Assembly: GCA_031082005.1 (NCBI GenBank)
Contig: JAVHLR010000001.1
Location: 127,251 to 191,250, forward strand
Length of the DNA: 64,000 nucleotides
DNA from: Patescibacteria group bacterium
GTDB taxonomy: Bacteria; Patescibacteriota; Patescibacteriia; 2-12-FULL-60-25
Direction: 5' to 3'
Under the pieces are notes generated by a model. That model saw only the letters and a list, made by a program, of their open reading frames with translations, did not search any database and had not been told where the DNA came from. Numbering within the stretch: the stretch's first letter is position 1; each line of letters opens with the position of its first letter. The position numbers and the translations under genes were made by a program. Below are positions 18,743-27,727 of this stretch, piece by piece.

Positions 18743-19777
18743 ATGGACGTCGAAAAAATCAAACTCCGTTCAAGCGTAATCAAGTGCGTTCGTCAGTGGT
18801 TCGACGAGCGTGGTTTTTTGGAGATGCATACACCGCGGCTCGTCGGCTTGCCCGGCCAGGAACCGTATCTCGAGCCCTTCTGGACTCGGGTTGATTGCCC
18901 AAATACCAGCTACCAAATACCAGCTACTAGCTACCCCGCCGCCCTCATCACCTCGCCCGAATATATGATGAAGCGGCTTTTGGCCGAAGGTTTGGACAGG
19001 ATTTACGATCTCGGACCATGTTTCCGCAATGATGAACCCTGGGACGGAACGCATGATCCTGAATTTTTATTACTCGAATGGTATCGCCGCGATTCTGGCC
19101 TCGAGGATCTCATGCGCGACACAGAGGAGATGATTCGTTTCGTCGCGTCAAACATACAAGCTACCAGCTACAAGCTACCAGCTACTCCATTCCGTCGCCT
19201 CACCGTCGAAGAAGCTTGGCGCCGATATGCCGGCATCGAACTCGCACCGCTGCTCGATGATCGCGAAGCCATGGCACACGTCTGTCGCGAACACGATCAA
19301 ACCGTTTCAGAAAGCGATACGTGGGATGATCTCTACTTCAAGATATTCCTTTCCGAAATTGAACCCCGCCTTGGCTGGTCAGACAGTACGAGGCACGAGG
19401 TACGTGGTACGCCCATCCCCACCTTCCTTTATCGCTACCCCGCCTCCATGGCCGCGCTCGCCCGTCGTTCAGCCGACGATCCACGTTGGGCCGATCGAGT
19501 CGAGCTGTATATCGGCGATCTGGAACTCGCCAACGGTTTCGCGGAGTTGTCTGATCCGATCGAGCAACGTAAACGTTTCGAGGAAGAGCAGGAGCTGCGT
19601 CGCGCACAGGGCAAAAAAGTCTGGCCCATCGACGAAAAATTCATCGCCGCCCTACCCAAGATGGGTAACGCCGCCGGCATCGCCTTTGGTATCGACCGTC
19701 TGGTGATGCTACTGACGGGTTCGGAGTCCATCAACGACATACTCCCAGCCTCTGCACGCGAGCGCTTTTCGGAGTAG
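18743..19777 (+). CDS. epmA: EF-P--(R)-beta-lysine ligase (class II LysRS paralogue, EpmA/GenX/PoxA)
   Basis: Class II aaRS motifs (GFLEMHTPRLV, YDLGPCFRNDE, ELANGFAELSDP, GIAFGIDRLVMLL) with no anticodon-binding domain. The ATG at 18743 follows the stop of the upstream gene. Confidence 0.8.
   Translation: MDVEKIKLRSSVIKCVRQWFDERGFLEMHTPRLVGLPGQEPYLEPFWTRVDCPNTSYQIPATSYPAALITSPEYMMKRLLAEGLDRIYDLGPCFRNDEPWDGTHDPEFLLLEWYRRDSGLEDLMRDTEEMIRFVASNIQATSYKLPATPFRRLTVEEAWRRYAGIELAPLLDDREAMAHVCREHDQTVSESDTWDDLYFKIFLSEIEPRLGWSDSTRHEVRGTPIPTFLYRYPASMAALARRSADDPRWADRVELYIGDLELANGFAELSDPIEQRKRFEEEQELRRAQGKKVWPIDEKFIAALPKMGNAAGIAFGIDRLVMLLTGSESINDILPASARERFSE
18901..18935 (+). repeat. 14-nt tandem duplication inside epmA
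   Basis: aaataccagctacc + aaataccagctact + agctacc. It encodes NTSYQIPATSY. Confidence 0.8.
19156..19185 (+). repeat. perfect 14-nt tandem duplication inside epmA
   Basis: acaagctaccagct x2, then ac. The two copies are read in different frames (QATSYKLPAT). Confidence 0.85.
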
Positions 19778-19859
19778 GGACAAGTATTGTGAGTATGCTT
19801 GTGTCGCTCGTGGTTTTCGGGTAGGTTGGTCCTGTACATTTTTCCGGGAGGTGATTCTC

Positions 19860-20255
19860 ATGCTGGACGAGAGAGAGCGTGCCGCATTATTGATGGAATT
19901 CTTCAACTGTCTGATTGACGCAGTGCCGCACGACAACATGCATATCCCTCACGAGCCGCTACTTCTGCCCTTCAACGGCAGCGAGTTCGCAGACGTTGTC
20001 AGGCGGCTTGCCGCGCAGCGGAACAAGGTCGCTATGCAGTTCATGACCCACCAAGGTCCTGAACGCGAGTACATCCAAGGTCTTCTTCATCTGCGGGACC
20101 TCGGTTACGTCAAAAGCAGACGTTTCGAGCCGTTCGAGCCGGAATACACCTGGCGCACGGCCAGTAACTACGAGAAGGATCCGCTTCTTCCCGAGATCCA
20201 GGCTTTGGCTGAAGCGTACCTCATGGCCATCCGCCCGCCACCCACCGCTGCATAA
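19860..20255 (+). CDS. hypothetical protein
   Basis: Track ORF 19851..20255. The ATG at 19860 is preceded by a GGGAGG SD at 8-nt spacing. Confidence 0.45.
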   Translation: MLDERERAALLMEFFNCLIDAVPHDNMHIPHEPLLLPFNGSEFADVVRRLAAQRNKVAMQFMTHQGPEREYIQGLLHLRDLGYVKSRRFEPFEPEYTWRTASNYEKDPLLPEIQALAEAYLMAIRPPPTAA

Positions 20256-20349
20256 GCCCTTTCATTCAAGCGACGCGCCCTCGATGGGGTGCGTCGTTTT
20301 CCATGTGGGTGTTGACTAAAAACCGTTTTTCGCGCAAACTCTGGCCACT

Positions 20350-20913
20350 ATGTCATCCCCATCCGACATCAAAAAAAGTTCCGTCATCCGCGATAATGGC
20401 GAACTCTGGGTCGTCACCGAATTCCAGCACGTGAATCCAGGCAAGGGCGCTGCCTTCGTACGTTGCCGCGTCAAGAATCCGAAAACAGGCAAGACGCTGG
20501 AAAGGACCTACAAAGTCTCTGAATCAGTCGAGCTTGTGGAAATGGAATTCCGCAACATGCAGTACCTCTATCATGATGCGACGGGTTACGCTTTCATGGA
20601 TTCAGCTTCTTACGAGCAAGTGTCCATGGCGGATGAAGATGTCGGCGAACAGGGTAAGTATCTGCGTGAGGGGATGGAGGTCACGCTCACGACTTACGAA
20701 GGCCAACCGATTGCCCTCCAACTGCCGCGCAAGATGAATTTCAAGATCGCCGAGACCGACCCGGCCGTCAAAGGCGATACCGCCAGCGGCAACGTCACCA
20801 AGGAAGCCAAGACGGAAAACGGTTTTATCGTGAACGTACCGATTTTCATCAACCAAGGCGACGTCGTCGTAGTGAACACCGACACCGGAGAATACGTCGA
20901 ACGCGCAAAGTAG
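20350..20913 (+). CDS. efp: translation elongation factor P
   Basis: Full-length three-domain pattern. The loop VNPGKGAAFVRCRV carries the modifiable Lys (K32). Confidence 0.93.
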   Translation: MSSPSDIKKSSVIRDNGELWVVTEFQHVNPGKGAAFVRCRVKNPKTGKTLERTYKVSESVELVEMEFRNMQYLYHDATGYAFMDSASYEQVSMADEDVGEQGKYLREGMEVTLTTYEGQPIALQLPRKMNFKIAETDPAVKGDTASGNVTKEAKTENGFIVNVPIFINQGDVVVVNTDTGEYVERAK

Positions 20914-20921
20914 ACACTTTC

Positions 20922-20946
20922 GTCATTCCAGCGCAGGCTGGAATCC
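20922..20946. repeat. GTCAT...ATC palindromic hairpin repeat, TCCAGC subtype
   Basis: gtcat-tccagc-gcag-gctgga-atcc. It lies 9 nt after the efp stop. Confidence 0.7.
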
Positions 20947-20952
20947 AGAAAA

Positions 20953-20989
20953 AACGCCCCGGACTATCCGGGGCGTTTCGTTGTTTTTT
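20953..20989 (+). terminator. intrinsic terminator after efp
   Basis: Stem aacgccccgg/ccggggcgtt with a 5-nt loop, followed by tcgttgtttttt. Confidence 0.65.
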
Positions 20990-21027
20990 GTCATTGCGAG
21001 CACACAAAGCGATCGTGCGCGGCAATC
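20990..21027. repeat. GTCAT...ATC hairpin repeat, TGCGAGC...GCGGCA subtype
   Basis: gtcattgcgagc...gtgcgcggcaatc. Its homologue is at 61375..61411. Confidence 0.6.
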
Positions 21028-21054
21028 TGTGCGTGGTCCCTACCGACTACCGTT

Positions 21055-21840
21055 TTAATCCGGCCTCACGACGATCGTGTTCGACGTCGCATAGCCCATA
21101 CCGACGGGTGAGAAGGCTGTGATGTATCCGGGCTCATTTATCTGTACGGTCAACGAACATGACTGCAGGGGACAGAGTGCCAGCGCTGAAGCATCCATCG
21201 TCTTGCCGTCTACGACTACGGTCGCCCCCGTGCTGGATGTCGCTGCATATATGTTCATCGAGATTTGATTCATAGCCGGTAAGTCGGTGATGACTATCAT
21301 GGGTTTTGACCCATCTGGCAATTTCGTTTCAACGACAAAACCCGTCGGTCTGATGTTTTCCGCTGGGTCAGGCAGGAATGATTCAGTCAGGCGGCTGTAT
21401 TGGTTAGTCGCAGTTATATCAAAGCCTCTCTTATAATCCGCGAAGAACGCTTCCGGCATGTCCACCACGGATTTATTCCAGCTGTCTCCGTAGAATTGTT
21501 GCGCCAAAGCTTCGCTGGTAATCCAATGCAGAACGCCGTATCTGGATATGGCATAGACCTTTGGGTCAGTCTGGATTTTTATCAGGCTTCCAGGCTTCAT
21601 CGTCACGCTCCCGCCAAAAGGCAGAAGCGCAAGTTGCACATCGTCAGCGTTTTGGATGGATGAGAAATCCTTGTACCATGATTTATACACGGATTCGGTC
21701 GGAAACACGTAGCGTTTCGCTCCATCAGAGAAATAGACTCCAGAACCCGAGCTTTTCAATAATTGCCCTGATGCCGTCGCGCCGGTTGTCGAAAGCGTCA
21801 ACATGGCCGAAGCCGCCAAAAAAGTGATTATTTTCTTCAT
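21055..21840 (-). CDS. secreted hypothetical protein
   Basis: Track ORF 21055..21879. The Met at 21840 gives the signal peptide MKKIITFLAASAMLTLSTTGATA. Confidence 0.5.
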   Translation of the reverse strand: MKKIITFLAASAMLTLSTTGATASGQLLKSSGSGVYFSDGAKRYVFPTESVYKSWYKDFSSIQNADDVQLALLPFGGSVTMKPGSLIKIQTDPKVYAISRYGVLHWITSEALAQQFYGDSWNKSVVDMPEAFFADYKRGFDITATNQYSRLTESFLPDPAENIRPTGFVVETKLPDGSKPMIVITDLPAMNQISMNIYAATSSTGATVVVDGKTMDASALALCPLQSCSLTVQINEPGYITAFSPVGMGYATSNTIVVRPD

Positions 21841-21880
21841 AGTGCCGTTATCATACACGCTTCTCCCGATGAGAGGCAAA

Positions 21881-21904
21881 AAAGCTCCGGTCGACCGGAG
21901 CTTT
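21881..21904 (-). terminator. intrinsic terminator after the histidine kinase gene
   Basis: Perfect palindrome agctccggtcgaccggagct, flanked by A/T runs on both sides. Confidence 0.5.
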
Positions 21905-21909
21905 CGTTT

Positions 21910-23421
21910 TTACTGCCCTAATCGGCTCGTGCCTTCTTTTTTCTTCATCCCGGAATAGGGGAGTTCGACGAAGAACGTCGTGCCTTTATTTTCCTGGCTC
22001 TCGAACCAGACCTTCCCCCCCGCCATCTCCACGACTGACTTCAGGAGGTACAGCCCGAAACCAGTACCGTCGATTTTGCTTTTTACGTTCTCGGCCCGGA
22101 ACATCTTCTTGAAGATTTTTTCTTGATCTTTCTTCGGTATTCCGCAACCCGTATCTTTCACGCTGATGAGTATGGATTTGGTCTTGGGTTGGTTCTTGAT
22201 TTCGATCTTCACCTGGCCCTCTTCGGGCGTGTATTTGACGGCATTCGTCAGCAAGTTTTCGATGACGATTTTGGCCAGCCCCGGATCAGCCGGGATCATC
22301 GGTATGTCTTTGTCGAATTTTTCTAGCACCTGGAGTTTCTTGATGTTGATCTGCGGTTTGAGTTCTTTGAGCGCTTCAGCTGCGACTTCGCGGTAATCGA
22401 CCGGCTTCGGATCCACGATGAACGTCCCGAGTTCGATGCGCGATACGTTGAGCAGCGAACTGACTGTCTCGATCATCTTTTCGCTGATCTCTTTCACTTC
22501 TTCGACCATCTCGGTCTGTGCCTTGCTCATCTTGCCGCTTTTGTCTTCCAGAAGCAGTTCGGCGTTCCATTTGATGGCAGTCGGCGGAGTCCGCAATTGG
22601 TGCGAAGCGAGCGAGATGAATTCTGACTTTGCCTTGTCCAGCTCTTTCTCCGTTGAGATATCCCTGAACAGCATGATGATTCCCTTGGTCTGATCTTTGA
22701 TGGTGATCGGTGTCGCCGTGATCGCTACGGGGAAGCGCGTGCCATCCTTCCTTACGTAATAGTAGGTGTCTTTGCTCGCCGCATCCATCTTGACCTTCTT
22801 GCCCGTCAGGAGCGCCATGTTCGCAGGTAGGGATTTCACGTCCACCTCCTCACCGCGTTCATCCTCGATACGTGGCGTTTCGGCTGTCATGATCTGGCCG
22901 CGCAGATCGTCGATTTTCCACCCCAGCATCTTCTGCGCCGCCGGATTCACCATCATGATCTTTAGCTTCGTATCAGCTGCGATCAGGCCATCACCTATGC
23001 TTTCAAGTAGAGCTACATTGTTGGCCAGAGCTAACTGGAGCTCTTTCGTCCTTTGCCTGACGGATTTTTCCAATTCATCTTTGGTCCGTTGGATCTTCGT
23101 GTTGATTTCGACCGCCTCGTTGCCCCACTTGTTCGCCATGAACAGGAGAGTCACCATGACGACCGCCCAGATGATGAAGATCGGCAACACGACAGTCACT
23201 CCGCCAATCGCGTCCTGCAACAAAAAGAAAGTCGCGACCAACCCTAGGCACCACATCGAGACGATGATGCCGGTATTCGTCACCAGCACGAATTTGCCTA
23301 AAGAAGCTTGGCGGATGCGGCGCAAGAAATCGAAGGATTTGTACAGGATGTAGATACTGCCTAATGCGAGCGTCGGCCAGCCGAGCATCAATATCCAAAG
23401 TCTGATTGTTGTCCAAGGCAT
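21910..23421 (-). CDS. PAS-domain sensor histidine kinase (no adjacent response regulator)
   Basis: Three N-terminal TM helices, a PAS-like segment, H-box SHQLRTPPTAIKW, N box NLLTNAVKYT, and G boxes DTGCGI / GTGFGLYL. Confidence 0.85.
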   Translation of the reverse strand: MPWTTIRLWILMLGWPTLALGSIYILYKSFDFLRRIRQASLGKFVLVTNTGIIVSMWCLGLVATFFLLQDAIGGVTVVLPIFIIWAVVMVTLLFMANKWGNEAVEINTKIQRTKDELEKSVRQRTKELQLALANNVALLESIGDGLIAADTKLKIMMVNPAAQKMLGWKIDDLRGQIMTAETPRIEDERGEEVDVKSLPANMALLTGKKVKMDAASKDTYYYVRKDGTRFPVAITATPITIKDQTKGIIMLFRDISTEKELDKAKSEFISLASHQLRTPPTAIKWNAELLLEDKSGKMSKAQTEMVEEVKEISEKMIETVSSLLNVSRIELGTFIVDPKPVDYREVAAEALKELKPQINIKKLQVLEKFDKDIPMIPADPGLAKIVIENLLTNAVKYTPEEGQVKIEIKNQPKTKSILISVKDTGCGIPKKDQEKIFKKMFRAENVKSKIDGTGFGLYLLKSVVEMAGGKVWFESQENKGTTFFVELPYSGMKKKEGTSRLGQ

Positions 23422-23495
23422 AATCGCGACAAGTATATAGCAAAAACAGCATCACAAGAATGCACAAACGAAAATTTCACAGCTTCATTCTTGTC

Positions 23496-23843
23496 CTAGC
23501 CGTTCCAAGATCTCCGTTTATTGATCTCTTCTTTTTCCCGAAGGGCTTTTTCCAGGTCGATCCCAAGCTTGTTGCAGATGTCCAAAAGATAGAAAAAAAC
23601 ATCCGCTGCTTCATAGTCGGGGCGGTATTTTTCCGAGTTCGGATCAGTGTGCATGCCCTGGGTTTTGCGCACGGCTTTTGCCAGTTCGCCGACTTCTTCC
23701 ATCATCAATACGAACTTTTCCGTCACCGCTTCATGGTCGAATCCGCGCGAGGCAGTCATTTGTCGAACGTATGTCTGAAGATCCATCAATGAAGGATCCT
23801 TTTTTAGGTCAAGTTCGCCGTTCTCCATAATGTTTGATTCCAT
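23496..23843 (-). CDS. MazG-like nucleoside triphosphate pyrophosphohydrolase domain protein
   Basis: EEVGELAKAVRK and EAADVFFYLLDICNKLGIDLE motifs. 115 aa. Confidence 0.65.
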   Translation of the reverse strand: MESNIMENGELDLKKDPSLMDLQTYVRQMTASRGFDHEAVTEKFVLMMEEVGELAKAVRKTQGMHTDPNSEKYRPDYEAADVFFYLLDICNKLGIDLEKALREKEEINKRRSWNG

Positions 23844-23848
23844 CCACG

Positions 23849-23935
23849 TGGTGCCGCGGGAGGGACTCGAACCCTCAAGCCCTTGCGGGCACTGGCTTCT
23901 AAGGCCAGCGCGTATACCAATTCCGCCACCGCGGC
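23849..23935 (-). tRNA. tRNA-Leu (anticodon TAG), CCA encoded
   Basis: The reverse complement folds as a cloverleaf: acceptor GCCGCGG/CCGCGGC, anticodon loop CTTAGAA, long variable arm, T-loop GGTTCGAGTCC, 3' ACCA. 87 nt. Confidence 0.9.
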
Positions 23936-24046
23936 ATCACTTGGACGCATCTTTCGTATGCCGGCCGTAGCATAACCGGAAAGGCTTAATCTTGACAAAT
24001 CTCACATTTTATGCCAAATTACGTCATTGCCCTTTGGAGGTTTCAC

Positions 24047-24802
24047 ATGGAGTCAGTAGCCATGCATCACGAAGAACGTACGCAGCCGGTAGACGAAGCT
24101 CGTGACGTCCTGCAGAAGGCCAGGCGTATCCTGGTACTGACTGGTGCAGGAATCTCGGCCGAGAGCGGCGTGCCCACCTTCCGCGGTGAAGGCGGATATT
24201 GGCGCAACAAATCGTTCGCCGAACTGGCGAATCCGGAAGCGTTCGCATCCGACCCCCGCTTGGTGTGGGAGTGGTATCTTATGCGCCGCCGCACTGTGGC
24301 TGTATGCGAACCCAACGCGGCACATTGCGTGCTCGCCAAGTGGGCCGAACTGGCCAACTGGACCCGTGACGTCCATCTTGCGACGCAGAACGTCGATGGT
24401 CTTCACGAACGAGCCGGACATCGCGACGTAAATCGTCTTCATGGTTCGCTCTGGATCAACCGCTGCACCAAGTGCGGCGCTGAAAGGGAAGATCGCTCGA
24501 CGGAGTATCCAGAGCTGCCGTCGTCTCCCTGTTGTGGCGCACTAGAGCGTCCGGCGATCGTGTGGTTCGGCGAGAAACTGCCGAGCAAGGCTATGTCAAT
24601 CGCTTTTTTGACTACCGTCGCTGCAGACGCCGTGCTGGTCATCGGCACGAGCGGGCTCGTTCACCCCGCTGCTGACCTGATCGGGCTAGCTGCGAGGCGC
24701 GGAGCGAAAGTGATTGACGTCAATCCCGAAGATGACGCCGTCAGATCGGATATCTTGATCCGTCTGCCCGCATCCCAGGCCCTACCTCTGATCCTCGTCT
24801 GA
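24047..24802 (+). CDS. cobB: NAD-dependent protein deacylase, sirtuin class III (CobB type)
   Basis: GAGISAESGVPTFRG, QNVDGLHERAG, HGSL, and a Zn ribbon CTKCG...PCCG. The Met at 24047 has a GGAGG SD; the track start is 24011. Confidence 0.85.
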   Translation: MESVAMHHEERTQPVDEARDVLQKARRILVLTGAGISAESGVPTFRGEGGYWRNKSFAELANPEAFASDPRLVWEWYLMRRRTVAVCEPNAAHCVLAKWAELANWTRDVHLATQNVDGLHERAGHRDVNRLHGSLWINRCTKCGAEREDRSTEYPELPSSPCCGALERPAIVWFGEKLPSKAMSIAFLTTVAADAVLVIGTSGLVHPAADLIGLAARRGAKVIDVNPEDDAVRSDILIRLPASQALPLILV

Positions 24803-24841
24803 AAACGAAAGCCCCGTTCCACTCGGAACGGGGCTGACTGT

Positions 24842-25156
24842 TTATTCTGACGTATTGAGCATCTTTTCCCATTCGGCCCTATTCGGATGATTGGGGTAGA
24901 GTGCGATCAAGCCTCTATATCCGCGTAAGCCAGCAGCCTTATTTGCCTCCATGATTTTCCTTACTTGTCTCTCGGCTAGACCGACTTCGAGCTCATCCAG
25001 TTCAGCAAGGTCTTTTTCTTCTTGAACAGGTGTAGTGCCCATGGCTACTTCATGGAACTTCGCGTCACCCATGGACTCGCCCTTCTCATCCACCGTGTAC
25101 CCCTCCTGACCGACTTGCTTTTTTGGTTGTTCATTCTTGAAATTTGGCTTCTCCAT
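24842..25156 (-). CDS. hypothetical protein (last gene of a 4-gene operon)
   Basis: 104-codon ORF starting 5 nt after the stop of the 551-aa gene. Confidence 0.45.
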   Translation of the reverse strand: MEKPNFKNEQPKKQVGQEGYTVDEKGESMGDAKFHEVAMGTTPVQEEKDLAELDELEVGLAERQVRKIMEANKAAGLRGYRGLIALYPNHPNRAEWEKMLNTSE

Positions 25157-25161
25157 ATTGT

Positions 25162-26817
25162 TTATGTGGATCGTTTAGCTTTGTTTTCGATTTTTGAGAA
25201 CTGTTCATCTCCGTGCACCTTGCCATACCAACTGGTCCCGAACATGGCGATCTTCCCAGGGTGGAATTTGATGAAGTCTTTCTCGGTCGCCGTGCCGTTA
25301 GCTAACATCTCTTGCCGTTGCTCTTCTTTATACCACAGCCCCTCTCTGTCTCTGTAGAGCTTGAATTTTGAATCCCGACCGATTTTTGCGATTGCCTGCG
25401 GTGTTGCTGCCTCGGGGTTCTTCATCAACTCATCAAATTCCGCGATGATATTGATCAATTCTGGGTCATTAAGGTCGATATCATTGGACATACAGACGCC
25501 TTCAAATGCAAGCTTGCAGCTGTCCAAGAATTCTCTGATGCTTTCGACGAATATCTCTTGCTTTCTCTCCGCCGAGAGATTTTGGTATTCAGCCGCAGCA
25601 TTTTTCTTGATTTGCCCGGTTTGAACGTGGTTAAGCCGTTCTCCACCTTGTTGGTTTGCGTCCCTTACGGAGTCGCTTTCGAACTTTAGTTTAGTCATCT
25701 CGTCTTCGTCCCAATCGAATCCATAGCTCGCCCAAGCGTAGCCTCCGACATCTATGTTGGCGTGTAGTTTTATCGTGTCTATGTCCGAATCTCGATATCC
25801 CGCGAGACACGACTCCAGGACCTTGGCTGCGATCCCGTTTGATTTCATGTTATCGGGTAATTTAAAGACCGCATGTTTAACCGACTTGGCCTTTTCTTCG
25901 TCTCCACTTTCATCGACGGCTTCGGTAAGTCGAAAATCTCTATTTATGAAGCCTTGTCCCTCGTTATATGACAGCTGAAAATTAAGCGAAGTTTCGATCG
26001 AGCCGTTATTCGGATCAAAGTTAAAATCAATCAACTGGATAGGACTGCCGTCTTGTTCAAGCCTAAGCTCATCAGAATAGCGTGATAGTTCCATGCCGCT
26101 CAAGATTTTTTGAAGATTTTCGACATTACCAAAAATCTCCTTTACCGCGATCAGGCCACGTAAATTCTTTACTTCCATCATCTTTATTTCCGTCCCACTG
26201 ATTTTTTCATCTAACGATGTTCGGAACCGTTTCAGTTCGGCGATGTAACTTGGGTCAGAAAAGAGTCTTTCAGCGTATTTATGTCCCACTCCATGGTATA
26301 GGTCATTGGCCAGCTTATCGAGAGCCGCTTTCTTTACTTCTTCGTGCACCCCCATGTTTGAACTCATCTCTTCCAGTGTCTCCAGGGGGCAGTTTTCTGA
26401 CCAGAAAAGCTCATCTATTTTTTTCTCGATCGAATCGATCTGCTCACTCAAATTCTCGGCTGTATTTTCCGCTTCCTGTATCTCCTCGGACGTTTCTTCG
26501 ATGTCCCAACCAGAATCCAGCACCTCGGGCGTGTCTGCCGGTTGTCTTTCGAACACCCCGGACACCTCGCCCTCCAGAGCGTCCCAGGCATCATCCAGCT
26601 CATCCTCGAGGGCTTTCAGTTGCGTCAGCGTATTTTGATCGCCGCTTTCTTGCAGTGATCTTCGTGCCGCTTCAATCTCTGACTTCGTTTCCGTGACCAT
26701 GGCATCGCCTTCATGGCGTAGCTCTCGGGCGATCGATTCTGGTGAGGTCTCGCGTGCCCTTATGCGTTCAAGCATCGGGTTCGCTCTGGATTCAGGGGAG
26801 AAATTCTGTAGCTGCAT
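25162..26817 (-). CDS. hypothetical 551-aa protein: acidic coiled-coil N-half, globular C-half
   Basis: Long clean ORF. The segment NGIAAKVLESCLAGYRDSDIDTIKLHANIDVGGYAWASYGF weakly resembles a GNAT-like core. No firm family call. Confidence 0.5.
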   Translation of the reverse strand: MQLQNFSPESRANPMLERIRARETSPESIARELRHEGDAMVTETKSEIEAARRSLQESGDQNTLTQLKALEDELDDAWDALEGEVSGVFERQPADTPEVLDSGWDIEETSEEIQEAENTAENLSEQIDSIEKKIDELFWSENCPLETLEEMSSNMGVHEEVKKAALDKLANDLYHGVGHKYAERLFSDPSYIAELKRFRTSLDEKISGTEIKMMEVKNLRGLIAVKEIFGNVENLQKILSGMELSRYSDELRLEQDGSPIQLIDFNFDPNNGSIETSLNFQLSYNEGQGFINRDFRLTEAVDESGDEEKAKSVKHAVFKLPDNMKSNGIAAKVLESCLAGYRDSDIDTIKLHANIDVGGYAWASYGFDWDEDEMTKLKFESDSVRDANQQGGERLNHVQTGQIKKNAAAEYQNLSAERKQEIFVESIREFLDSCKLAFEGVCMSNDIDLNDPELINIIAEFDELMKNPEAATPQAIAKIGRDSKFKLYRDREGLWYKEEQRQEMLANGTATEKDFIKFHPGKIAMFGTSWYGKVHGDEQFSKIENKAKRST

Positions 26818-26829
26818 AGTAAAGGTATG

Positions 26830-27000
26830 TTAAATGAAAGGGTGCTTTTGGTCGGTCAGGGATTTTATGCGCGAGACTATCGCTTGGTGTTTTGTATGGA
26901 ATTCCATCCAAGCCTTTTCCAATGCGCTGAAGGCTTCGTCATGGATATCGCCAGAGGTATGCTCCGTTCTATCGTCTTTATCGCGTCTCGATTTAGTCAT
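26830..27000 (-). CDS. small hypothetical protein (56 aa)
   Basis: Hand-translated: MTKSRRDKDDRTEHTSGDIHDEAFSALEKAWMEFHTKHQAIVSRIKSLTDQKHPFI. It lies 12 nt upstream of the 551-aa gene and 2 nt after the preceding small gene. It is below the ORF-track size cut-off. Confidence 0.4.
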   Translation of the reverse strand: MTKSRRDKDDRTEHTSGDIHDEAFSALEKAWMEFHTKHQAIVSRIKSLTDQKHPFI

Positions 27001-27002
27001 AG

Positions 27003-27173
27003 CTAAAATCCGCTGATTTTTTTGTTCAGTTCGTCTACGATTTTGGCGTTCTTTGCCGTTTCAGCGTCCGATATTAATTTTCGGGTCCTCGACTTGATAT
27101 CGATGACCTTGTTTTTGAACCGATTCCAGGATTGTTTTAGACGAGCCGATTTTGGGTCAATTTCTTCTGCCAT
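27003..27173 (-). CDS. small hypothetical helical protein (56 aa), probably leaderless
   Basis: Track ORF 27003..27224. The internal Met at 27173 (MAEEIDPKSARLKQ...) lies 6 nt downstream of a minus-strand TATACT box. Confidence 0.4.
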   Translation of the reverse strand: MAEEIDPKSARLKQSWNRFKNKVIDIKSRTRKLISDAETAKNAKIVDELNKKISGF

Positions 27174-27281
27174 GCCGACAGTATACCCAATGGCGAAAAA
27201 AATGTCGTAAGGCAAGGACAACACCTTGACCCCCGACCTATTTTCTGCCTATTCTGGTCATAGCTCTTTTCGAGGTTGACC

Positions 27282-27680
27282 ATGTCTGAAGTAATCGTGC
27301 TGCGTGACCGAATTTTTGGACGATCCCTGCGTGCTTTACGCGACGTTGAAGTGCGCATGGTTTCCGGACCGGAACTCCAGATCGGGCTAAAAGCCTATGG
27401 GGATTTTTCTTCCCGATCATGCGATGGCCGCTTCGTTGCGCTTCGGGTGCATACCATCTTCGACATCCGCGAAATCCGCGGACAACTCGTGTCGCTCTGC
27501 GACGCACGGCCGTGGTACAAGTTCAGCTTCCGGCCGGACAACCCCAGCGAGCTCCTGTTCGTTTTGGACTGGGAGCAGAACCACATGACGAACGTCGAGC
27601 GCGTCGTATTCGAACAGGGGGGTGCGACCTGCTTCATCCGCAACCCCTTCTTCAAGGACGTATCCCTGCTTGCTGAATGA
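27282..27680 (+). CDS. hypothetical protein
   Basis: Track ORF 27276..27680. The ATG at 27282 follows a GAGG SD. It is divergent from the 4-gene operon. Confidence 0.4.
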   Translation: MSEVIVLRDRIFGRSLRALRDVEVRMVSGPELQIGLKAYGDFSSRSCDGRFVALRVHTIFDIREIRGQLVSLCDARPWYKFSFRPDNPSELLFVLDWEQNHMTNVERVVFEQGGATCFIRNPFFKDVSLLAE

Positions 27681-27727
27681 AAAAGCCCCGGTGCAGCACT
27701 CTGCTCCGGGGCCTTCGCTTTTCGTTC

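Noticed and set aside
24047-24802. SIR2 protein as an anti-phage defence effector
   Set aside because: The sequence has the complete CobB/sirtuin class III deacylase motifs and a Zn ribbon, is of normal size, and has no partner defence-type domains.
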